Shown here in pieces: positions 15,587-23,585 of a DNA stretch of 64,000 bases. The DNA is taken from NCBI GenBank assembly GCA_965204575.1, contig OZ241993.1, positions 1,376,001 through 1,440,000 on the forward strand. The letters are read 5' to 3'. This stretch comes from an uncultured candidatus Porisulfidus sp. Lineage in GTDB: Bacteria > Pseudomonadota > Gammaproteobacteria > Poriferisulfidales > Poriferisulfidaceae. A program made the position numbers and the translations under genes. The notes under the pieces are model-generated. The model saw nothing but the letters and a program-made list of their open reading frames with translations, ran no database searches and was not told the origin of the DNA. The first letter of the stretch is position 1. Each line of letters starts with the position of its first letter.

Positions 15587-16621
15587 ATGAGTGCCTCGAC
15601 CGCCTCTTTTACACTGCCGCGGGACCGTCGCGGACGGCCGTTGCATGACCTGCGGATCTCGGTAACCGACCGTTGCAACTTCCGCTGCACTTACTGCATG
15701 CCGAAGGAGGTCTTCAATTCCGATTACGTTTTTCTTGAGCGTTCTCGGTTGCTGACCTTTGAAGAAATCGAACGGTTGGTTCGCGTGTTCGTCGATCTGG
15801 GCGTAGTCAAGTTGCGTTTGACTGGTGGCGAACCGCTCCTTCGGCGGCATCTGGATAACTTGGTTGAACGCCTGGCCCAGATTCCGGAAATTGAGGATAT
15901 TTGCCTGACGACCAACGGCTCCCTGCTGACCGGCGAGATGGCGGCGCGCTTGGCCGAGGCCGGGCTGGGCCGGATTACGATCAGCCTCGATGGGCTCGAC
16001 AACGAAGTGTTTCAACGCCTTTCCGATGTGCAGCGCCCGGTCGACGAAGTGCTGGCGGCCATCGACCATGCGTCCGCGGCAGGCTTGGGGCCGGTCAAGG
16101 TCAATATGGTGGTCAAGCGAGGCGCCAACGAAGACCAGATTCTTCCGATGGCGGAGCATTTTCGCGGCACGGGGCATATCCTCCGTTTCATCGAGTACAT
16201 GGATGTGGGCAATGCCAACGACTGGAAACTTGATGCGGTCGTGCCCGCCGAAGAAGTCCTCCAGGTGATCGACGGGCAATGGCCGATCGAGCCTGCGGAG
16301 CCAAATTACCCGGGAGAGGTCGCGCGGCGTTGGCGTTACCGGGACGGGCAGGGCGAGATCGGTGTGATCGCGTCTGTGACCCAGCCGTTCTGCGGTGGGT
16401 GCCACCGTGCGCGCTTGAGCGCCGACGGCATGTTGTACACCTGCCTGTTCGCCTCAGACGGTCACGATTTGAAGAGCCTGCTGCGTTCAGGAGTTGACGA
16501 CGCGGCGCTGAAGCGAGACCTGATCCGCCTGTGGACGGATCGAGGGGATCAATACTCTGAGCTTCGCACTGAGGCGACGTCCAAGATTAAAAAAGTGGAG
16601 ATGTCGTATATCGGCGGCTGA
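15587..16621 (+). CDS. moaA: GTP 3',8-cyclase MoaA
   Basis: CNFRCTYC radical SAM motif, FCGGCHRAR...C, C-terminal MSYIGG. Confidence 0.97.
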   Translation: MSASTASFTLPRDRRGRPLHDLRISVTDRCNFRCTYCMPKEVFNSDYVFLERSRLLTFEEIERLVRVFVDLGVVKLRLTGGEPLLRRHLDNLVERLAQIPEIEDICLTTNGSLLTGEMAARLAEAGLGRITISLDGLDNEVFQRLSDVQRPVDEVLAAIDHASAAGLGPVKVNMVVKRGANEDQILPMAEHFRGTGHILRFIEYMDVGNANDWKLDAVVPAEEVLQVIDGQWPIEPAEPNYPGEVARRWRYRDGQGEIGVIASVTQPFCGGCHRARLSADGMLYTCLFASDGHDLKSLLRSGVDDAALKRDLIRLWTDRGDQYSELRTEATSKIKKVEMSYIGG

Positions 16622-16622
16622 G

Positions 16623-17138
16623 TCACTCGCCGAGGCGTGGCATCAATTCGACCAGGTTGCAGGGACGGGTTCGGTAGTCCAGCTGTTTCTCGATCAGTTT
16701 TTCCCAGGCATCCCGGCATGCGCCCGGGGAACCCGGCAGGCAAAACACGTAGCGGCGGTTGGCCACGCCGGCCATGGCCCGGGACTGGAGCGTAGATGTC
16801 CCGATCACTTCGTACGAGAGCGAACGGAACATTTCTCCGAAACCGTCGATCTGTTTGTCCAGCAGGGGGGAAACCGCTTCCGGCGTTCCGTCCCGCCCGG
16901 TCACGCCGGTTCCCCCGGTCGTCAGGACCACCTGGATGTCCGGCTCGACCAGCCAGGCCGAGACCCGTGCCCGGATCTGGTGGATGTCATCCGCGACAAG
17001 GTCGCGCGCCGCAAGCCGATGGCCGGCCGCCTCGATCTTCTCGGCCAGCAGGTCGCCGGATTTGTCTTGGCTTTCGCCCCGGCTGTCGGAAACCGTCAAG
17101 ACGGCAATCCCGAGAGGGATAAATTCACGATCTGTCAT
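16623..17138 (-). CDS. moaB: Molybdenum cofactor biosynthesis protein MoaB
   Basis: VLTVSDSR, TTGGTGVTGRDGTPEA, LPGSPGA, RPCN. Confidence 0.95.
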   Translation of the reverse strand: MTDREFIPLGIAVLTVSDSRGESQDKSGDLLAEKIEAAGHRLAARDLVADDIHQIRARVSAWLVEPDIQVVLTTGGTGVTGRDGTPEAVSPLLDKQIDGFGEMFRSLSYEVIGTSTLQSRAMAGVANRRYVFCLPGSPGACRDAWEKLIEKQLDYRTRPCNLVELMPRLGE

Positions 17139-17207
17139 GAGGGCAAATCTCTTGGGGAACGATGAACGGTGTTCGTGACATAGGGGGATAAAGATGCTTC
17201 ACGTAAA

Positions 17208-18014
17208 TTATGAGGAACGAACGGCCTCGTGACGGTATCGGTCTATGTCCTCCTCCGTCATTTGCCCAGAGTCAACCAAGCGGTAGTGCTTCTCGTCAAG
17301 AATCGCGATCTCTTGCCCATCAGCACTAAATGAAAAAAGAGCGATGAGGTCATTCTCCATGAATTGTGCCGCGATAGGGCGACAGATCAACTGGGGGAAT
17401 TTTGAGGCACATAAGGCAAAGTCCTGTTCAATCTGAACAATCCCAATCTGATCGTTGCCGCCTTTCGCTTGCACTGGAAAAATATATTGGGCGCCTTGCT
17501 TATCCGTGCCGACATAAATTTCATCTGTTTCCACTTGCCCCATATCGGGAACTACGGTTCTCAGGTGGCTTTGGAGTGAGTAGCATACAACTCCTGAAAA
17601 GACGTCAAGGAGCCGGTTGTAGCGCAGTTTGGCGAGTAGCCCTTGTTCGTCACGAAGTGAGTACTGAGCAATGATCCCGGGGGTCGCATCTGGAATCTTG
17701 ATTTCAGCAAGGAGCGGGTTGGCATTAATGCGCGCCGCGCTTGCTAGGGAAAATTCATATTTCGCTTTTCCGGTTGAGCGAATCACCCACTCTTGTCCTT
17801 CAGGGGCGGACTTTTGGATAGACTCCGGTAGATCGGCGCGATAGCGAAAGCTGTAGATAACATCCCCGATGTTTTTAGGTAGTTTGATCCTGAGTCTTTC
17901 TGCTGCTTTTTCTAGTTCTTCGCGATGAAAAGGCACTTTGTCCATTTCTGGCTTATGGTTTCTAGTGAAAATGTCCTCCAATAGTCTGGAGTACCGATTG
18001 CCGCCTTTTTTCAT
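17208..18014 (-). CDS. Putative type II restriction endonuclease (PD-(D/E)XK-like)
   Basis: ETDEIYVG...PVQAK nuclease-like motif; ATGA overlap with the methyltransferase stop; AT-richer than flanks. Confidence 0.65.
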   Translation of the reverse strand: MKKGGNRYSRLLEDIFTRNHKPEMDKVPFHREELEKAAERLRIKLPKNIGDVIYSFRYRADLPESIQKSAPEGQEWVIRSTGKAKYEFSLASAARINANPLLAEIKIPDATPGIIAQYSLRDEQGLLAKLRYNRLLDVFSGVVCYSLQSHLRTVVPDMGQVETDEIYVGTDKQGAQYIFPVQAKGGNDQIGIVQIEQDFALCASKFPQLICRPIAAQFMENDLIALFSFSADGQEIAILDEKHYRLVDSGQMTEEDIDRYRHEAVRSS

Positions 18015-19384
18015 AGGGTGTCCGCAGTTTTTTCGGGCCACCGTAAAACAACGACTTCCTCTCGCATCTGTTGGCGAGTTGCGGTAGCGAACCGGGTGCG
18101 GAACAAATCGATTCCGACCACTTGATACCCGAGGGATTGAGCGATTTCAGCCAGTAACTGTCCCGTGTGAATCATAACTTGTAGGAATGATGCTTGGTCG
18201 CCAACCACATAGCCGAGATAAGCGCCTGGCTTCAGAAAAGCCCGCAGTTCTGCCAAGTGACGCGCCATGCCGCCAAAATACAGTTTGGTGACCCGCGCAT
18301 ATTGTCTCTCAAATCCAGAAGTCTTTCCCATGGAAATTCTACGTTTTTCAATCTCTTCAGCGAGAGTTTGAATCTTCGCATGATCTGCGACCCATTTGTC
18401 GTCATCATTACACCTGTATGCATTTCGCGTGTTGGAGCAGAGTAGGTTTTTCTTCAAGTTCCGTAAATCCTCCCTATCCTTGATGAAGCCAAGCAACACA
18501 CTCTCCAGGCGTGTCGTCCTTGTATAGTCTTTTTCATTCGGATAAGGAGGAGAGGTGAAGATGGCACTGATACTTTGCGGTGCCAGCAATTCGGCTGCTT
18601 GACGCGCGTCGGCATGGTGAACGACTGCAGGGGTACTTACCATATTGGCACGATACGTCTGGCGCAGGTCATTTGCCATTCTGTGGATTTCAATAAGCCA
18701 ATTCTCAACGACATGTGCGTCGTGTTTCTTGGTTCGTCGAACGCCTACCTCTGGACCAAAGTACAGGTTGCTGTCGGAGAGAACCAGAGACTTGGCAAAG
18801 GCAAGCAATTCATGTTGCCTATAGGGTGAATTCTTTGCTTCTTTGATTTCTTTCAGCAGAATTAAGCATTTGTGCAAAGGTTTTTGGCTAATGGAGTTTT
18901 TTAGCAAAAGGGCAAACTGTTCTTTTTCGAGAGTGCGGGGAGCAATTTCCGACTCAATGATTTTTTCTGCTTTCTTGGCAATTTTGGCAGCATGGTCTAG
19001 CAATTCGTCTGGATTTATGGACCAGTCAACCTTAACCGAGCATGCGAAATGGGCCATCGTGTTGGCCTCGATGCCGATACTAGGAATGCCATGAAGCTTT
19101 GCCTCAACCAGAGTGGTCCCGGTACCGCAAAAGGGGTCTAGGATTGTGTCTCTTTCGCTCAGGCCGAATCCGCGTATGTAGTCGCGAACCAGATGAGCGG
19201 GAAACGAAAGCACGAACCGATACCAGTCGTGAAAGTCCCGATCTCGAGCATCTAGTTTGTTGGCACGGTCATTGCTTCTAGATGTCGGCACAGAAGGTAT
19301 TTCTTCTGGAAATAGGCTGGGTTGCAGCCCGATATCCTCCCTCGGTTCCAAGAGACCAGATGGGCCAAGTGTTGCTGGATTCAT
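18011..19384 (-). CDS. Amino-DNA methyltransferase (SPPY; probably N4-cytosine)
   Basis: Motif I DPFCGTGT before motif IV TSPPY; start uncertain (19384 ATG or 19408 GTG). Confidence 0.88.
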   Translation of the reverse strand: MNPATLGPSGLLEPREDIGLQPSLFPEEIPSVPTSRSNDRANKLDARDRDFHDWYRFVLSFPAHLVRDYIRGFGLSERDTILDPFCGTGTTLVEAKLHGIPSIGIEANTMAHFACSVKVDWSINPDELLDHAAKIAKKAEKIIESEIAPRTLEKEQFALLLKNSISQKPLHKCLILLKEIKEAKNSPYRQHELLAFAKSLVLSDSNLYFGPEVGVRRTKKHDAHVVENWLIEIHRMANDLRQTYRANMVSTPAVVHHADARQAAELLAPQSISAIFTSPPYPNEKDYTRTTRLESVLLGFIKDREDLRNLKKNLLCSNTRNAYRCNDDDKWVADHAKIQTLAEEIEKRRISMGKTSGFERQYARVTKLYFGGMARHLAELRAFLKPGAYLGYVVGDQASFLQVMIHTGQLLAEIAQSLGYQVVGIDLFRTRFATATRQQMREEVVVLRWPEKTADTL

Positions 19385-19484
19385 TTGAATGTATCTGGTT
19401 GATAGCACATTCTATAGCGGAGGCTTCACACAGTATACGGCAGCATTGAAAATGAGGGGATTTTCCATATAAATTATCTAATTA

Positions 19485-20180
19485 TCAAAGAATTGCCTTG
19501 GCTTTATTAACGCCGAGTCTTTGGATTTCATCAATGGAGATGCATCCCTGGTACAGCATGCTGGCGGTCAGGATATCCATATCGGCCTCCAGCAATCGGC
19601 GGATGTCGTCCGCATTCCGGACTCCGCCGGCCGCGGCCAGCCTGCAATCTGGCCGGATTGTCCGAATCCGCTCCAGGAGTTCAAAATCCGGCCCTTCCAT
19701 GGAACCGACCCGGTGCAGGCACATGACGATGACACGGGCGGGCCAGGTGTCGGGTTGCGCCCAGATTTCGGTTCCGCCGCGCAAGCCTTGCTGATCGAAG
19801 TCGAGCGACAGGATCGCGCGATCGTCCTGGGCCGACCAACTGCAGGCGAATTCAGTGCCGATGACCGGGCGGAGGTTGTCTGGAAAACTTCCGTCCGGAT
19901 CCGGAGGCGGTCCGGCATCCACCCAGAATTCGATGGCCGGATGACGGCGGCATAGTTCTACAATGAGCCGGCATTGGGCGGGCTTGCCCATGATGGCATC
20001 GAGATCCGCCAGATAAATAACCGGAAAGGGAGCGAATCGGAGCAGGTCATCGACCACCTGGACAGGGTCTACGCTGCATGTCAGGGCGGACTGGATCGGT
20101 TCGTAGAGCGCACGCTCGCCCCCCGCAGCCTGTACGACCTTTCCCTGTCGGATGTCCAGGACGGGAATGATGCGATGCAT
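19485..20180 (-). CDS. HisA/HisF-related TIM-barrel protein (Orf17-like of H4MPT clusters)
   Basis: IIPVLDI..G.VV.A.GGER..Y.PI, YLADLDAI, VGS..GPD, AGGVR; adjacent to orf1/orf9 homologues. Confidence 0.8.
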   Translation of the reverse strand: MHRIIPVLDIRQGKVVQAAGGERALYEPIQSALTCSVDPVQVVDDLLRFAPFPVIYLADLDAIMGKPAQCRLIVELCRRHPAIEFWVDAGPPPDPDGSFPDNLRPVIGTEFACSWSAQDDRAILSLDFDQQGLRGGTEIWAQPDTWPARVIVMCLHRVGSMEGPDFELLERIRTIRPDCRLAAAGGVRNADDIRRLLEADMDILTASMLYQGCISIDEIQRLGVNKAKAIL

Positions 20181-20186
20181 GGAGAG

Positions 20187-21116
20187 ATGAAAGTTTTTAT
20201 TTTCGAATACGTTTGCGGAGGAGGGTTCCAGGACGATTCGCCTCCGCCGGATCTGCTTCGGCAGGGGCGTGAAATGCTGCGCGCGGCGCTTGCAGACTTC
20301 TCGCGCTTACCGGATCCGGTGCAAGTTTATACCCTGGTCGAGGAACGGTTTACGTTCGCTCTGCCTGAGCGAGTCCAGTGTCGGCACCTTGACGGCCCAT
20401 GGCAGGACGCCTGGAAGAGTCTCGTGGGACACTGCGATGCGGTCTTGGTGATCGCCCCCGAAAGCGAGGGTCAACTCGAACGCTTGTGCGGGGAAGTGCT
20501 GGAAGAGGGCAGGAAAGGATTGAATTGTTCGCTGGAAGCGATTCGCCTGGCCGCAGACAAGTGGATGCTTAACCGCCACCTTCAGGCGGCAGGAATCCCG
20601 GTGGTGGAGACGTGCACGTGGGATCCATCGGAACCGGTCCCGGCTCAGGGCGTGATCAAGCCGCGTGACGGAGCCGGGTGCGAGGAGACATTTGCGTTGG
20701 GCGTACAGTCAATCCCACCGGCCTTGGATCCTGAAAACCAGTGGATATGGCAGCCTTGGGCCTCCGGCCAGCCGGCCAGCCTGAGTCTTCTGGCAGGGGA
20801 GAACGAGGTGGAGGTTCTGTCCTGCAATAGAATTCATTGCAAGAACCAGGAGGGGCGGTTGCATGTGCATGAGCTTGAAACCGGGGGATTCGATGGGAAT
20901 CTGCGTTTCGAGGAAGAAGCGCGGGCCTTGGCTTCCCGGGTCGCGGCTGCGGTGCCGGGCTTGCGGGGTTACGTGGGCGTGGACGTGATGTGGGAGGGGG
21001 AATCGCTGACCGTGCTGGAGATCAACCCGCGCCTGACCACGTCGTACGCCGGATTGGCGATGCCGCTGGCTGAACGGATGCTCCAAGTGTTCGGCTGTAT
21101 GGAAATCCCGGCATGA
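20187..21116 (+). CDS. ATP-grasp ligase, MfnD/Orf1-like
   Basis: MKVFIFEYVCGG, VIAPE, DKW, KPRDGAG, GYVGVD, EINPRLTTSY. Confidence 0.82.
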   Translation: MKVFIFEYVCGGGFQDDSPPPDLLRQGREMLRAALADFSRLPDPVQVYTLVEERFTFALPERVQCRHLDGPWQDAWKSLVGHCDAVLVIAPESEGQLERLCGEVLEEGRKGLNCSLEAIRLAADKWMLNRHLQAAGIPVVETCTWDPSEPVPAQGVIKPRDGAGCEETFALGVQSIPPALDPENQWIWQPWASGQPASLSLLAGENEVEVLSCNRIHCKNQEGRLHVHELETGGFDGNLRFEEEARALASRVAAAVPGLRGYVGVDVMWEGESLTVLEINPRLTTSYAGLAMPLAERMLQVFGCMEIPA

Positions 21117-22153
21117 GCGACGTGATTGGCTGGGACATCGGGGGCGCCCACGTCAAGGCGGTGCAAGTGGATGAGCGCGGACGGGCCCTGAGGGTCTGGC
21201 ATCGGATGGTGCCGCTTTGGAAGGGTTTGGATTGCTTTGTGGAGACGGTCAGGGGAATACGGGAGGAGGCAGGCGGGCATGGTCTGCGACACGCGGTCAC
21301 GATGACGGGGGAGTTGGCGGACATCTTTTCAACACGTTCGGAAGGGGTTCGCCGGATCGGCGAGTGCCTGGCGCGGGTCTTGTCTGGCGATGCCCTTTCT
21401 TATTTTTCGGCCAGTGCGGAATTCATCGAGGATCCGGTTCGACGGTCACACTTGATCGGTTCCATGAACTGGGTCGCTTCGACGCGACTGGTCGCGCGCT
21501 TTGTCGGGCAGGGTGTTTTCGTGGACGTCGGAAGCACCACGACGGATCTGGCCCGGATCGTGGAAAACCAGGCAAAGGTGACCGGGTTTTCCGATGCGGA
21601 GCGCTTGGCCTGCCAGGAACTCCTGTACACCGGTGTGGCCCGGACGCCGCTGATGAGCCTGGCCGCCCGGGTGGACGTGGGCGGACATTCCTGCAACCTG
21701 ATGGCGGAACATTTCGCGACGACCGCAGATGTGTTCAACCTTTTGGGGCAATTGCCGGATGGCCTATACCCTTTCGACACGGCCGATGGTGCAGGATGCT
21801 CCAAGTTTGAGTCGGCTCGCCGGATCGCCCGGATGATCGGGCGGGACTGCGAAGAAGGAGAGGGCTTGGACGAATGGGTTCGTTTGGCGCGGACATTTGC
21901 CGACCTGCAACAGGAACGGATTCTGAAGAACCTGCAGGCGCATGTTTCCGCCGGTTCTGCCGGGATCCTAGTGGGCGCGGGTACCGGACGATTCGTGCTG
22001 CCGCCGCTCGCGAGCCGCTGCGGGTTGGCGTATCGGGACATCGACACCCTGCTCGAATCGAGGATCGCCACACAGGGAACCTTCACTCTGGCGGACTGCT
22101 TGCCAGCTTATTCCGTCGCCGAGTTGTATCGCCTCGAACATGCGTGTCGTTGA
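21113..22153 (+). CDS. Hydantoinase/oxoprolinase-family H4MPT-linked protein, MfnF/Orf9-like
   Basis: IGWDIGGAHVK, TMTGELADIF, DVGSTTTD, ELLYTG..RTP, TADG, ARRIARMIG. Confidence 0.85.
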   Translation: MSDVIGWDIGGAHVKAVQVDERGRALRVWHRMVPLWKGLDCFVETVRGIREEAGGHGLRHAVTMTGELADIFSTRSEGVRRIGECLARVLSGDALSYFSASAEFIEDPVRRSHLIGSMNWVASTRLVARFVGQGVFVDVGSTTTDLARIVENQAKVTGFSDAERLACQELLYTGVARTPLMSLAARVDVGGHSCNLMAEHFATTADVFNLLGQLPDGLYPFDTADGAGCSKFESARRIARMIGRDCEEGEGLDEWVRLARTFADLQQERILKNLQAHVSAGSAGILVGAGTGRFVLPPLASRCGLAYRDIDTLLESRIATQGTFTLADCLPAYSVAELYRLEHACR

Positions 22154-23498
22154 GTTGCCGTGGCAGGCGGACCCAACGCGCCGCTTCAGAAGATTTGCCG
22201 ACCGACCTTGGGCGGTTTTGCTCGACAGTTGCCACGATCAGAGCGGTCAAGGCCGCTTTGACATTTTCGCGGCCGAACCGTACGCGACCTTCGAGTCCAC
22301 CGGGCGGCGAGCAGTTCTGACCCGGGGCGGCGAGCGGCAGGTCCTGTACGGGAATCCTTTTCGCCTGATTTCTGAACTGCTGGGGTCGCGAGAGGAAGGC
22401 GACGCGGGCATCCCGTTCTGCGGTGGCGCAATCGGCTATTTGTCCTACGAACTGGGCCGGGCCTGTGTCGGCCTGGCTGCTCCCCGGACCGACATGCCGG
22501 ATTATTCGGAACTGGCCGTGGGTTTCTACGACTGGTCGGTCGTCAGCGACCACCAGGAGCAGCGTTGCTACTTGGCGACGCACGAACGGTCGCCTGCGAC
22601 CCGGCTTGTCTGGGAAGATCTGCATGCCCGACTGCTTGACGAACCCCCTGTCCAGGAGCATTCATACCGCTTATTGGCACCGCTGCATTCGGACTTCACG
22701 CGAGAGGCCTACGCGGCGGCATTTCAAGCCGTCCGGGACTATATTGAGGCGGGGGACTGCTATCAGGTCAACTTGGCGCAACGTTTCTCAGCACCCAGCG
22801 AGGGCCGGTTGTGGACAGCCTATCAATACAGCCGGACGATTAATCCCGCTCCGTTCTCCGCCTACCTCAACCACCCGGATCTTGAGATCGCCAGTGCTTC
22901 TCCAGAACGGTTTCTGGAAGTGACGGACGGTCGAGTCGAAACCTGCCCCATCAAAGGGACGGCCCGCCGTATTCCCGGGCAGGAGCAACAACAGCGTGAT
23001 GCATTGAAGGAAAGCGTGAAGGATCGGGCCGAGAACCTCATGATCGTGGACCTGTTGCGCAACGACCTGAGCAAGAACTGCGCCTCGGGAACAGTCAAGG
23101 TACCGGAGCTGTTCAAGGTCGAGAGTTTTGCCACGGTGCATCATTTGATCAGCACGGTAACGGGGGAGTTGCGCGAGGGCCGGACGGCACTGGACCTTCT
23201 CGAAGGGTGCTTCCCCGGGGGCTCAATTACCGGAGCCCCGAAGCGTCGTGCGATGGAAATCATCGAGGAACTGGAGCCGAAGCCAAGGGGCGTGTATTGC
23301 GGCAGCCTCGCGTATGTCGGGTTCGACGGGAACATGGACAGCAGCATCGCGATCCGCACGATGGTGCAGGCTGCGGGGGAAACCAGCCTGCATGCGGGCG
23401 GCGGACTGACGCATGGCTCGCAAATGGAAGCGGAGTACAAGGAATGTCTGGACAAGGCTGCCGCTATGCAGGAGGCTTTGGAAAGGTATAGAGCGTGA
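22140..23498 (+). CDS. pabB: Aminodeoxychorismate synthase component I
   Basis: GDCYQVNLAQRF, SPERFL, PIKGT, AENLMIVDLLRND, FPGGSITGAPK. Confidence 0.93.
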   Translation: MRVVELPWQADPTRRFRRFADRPWAVLLDSCHDQSGQGRFDIFAAEPYATFESTGRRAVLTRGGERQVLYGNPFRLISELLGSREEGDAGIPFCGGAIGYLSYELGRACVGLAAPRTDMPDYSELAVGFYDWSVVSDHQEQRCYLATHERSPATRLVWEDLHARLLDEPPVQEHSYRLLAPLHSDFTREAYAAAFQAVRDYIEAGDCYQVNLAQRFSAPSEGRLWTAYQYSRTINPAPFSAYLNHPDLEIASASPERFLEVTDGRVETCPIKGTARRIPGQEQQQRDALKESVKDRAENLMIVDLLRNDLSKNCASGTVKVPELFKVESFATVHHLISTVTGELREGRTALDLLEGCFPGGSITGAPKRRAMEIIEELEPKPRGVYCGSLAYVGFDGNMDSSIAIRTMVQAAGETSLHAGGGLTHGSQMEAEYKECLDKAAAMQEALERYRA

Positions 23499-23511
23499 AA
23501 AAAGGAGGACA

Positions 23512-23526
23512 GGGGGGGGGGGGGGG
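23512..23526. repeat. G15 homopolymer in the promoter region of the TBDR pair
   Basis: 15 consecutive G ending about 20 nt upstream of TATTAT (23547-23552). Confidence 0.9.
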
Positions 23527-23585
23527 CATAGCTCATCGTTTTTGTGTATTATAGGCACCTGTCGTAGATACTTGCGAGGCATATC

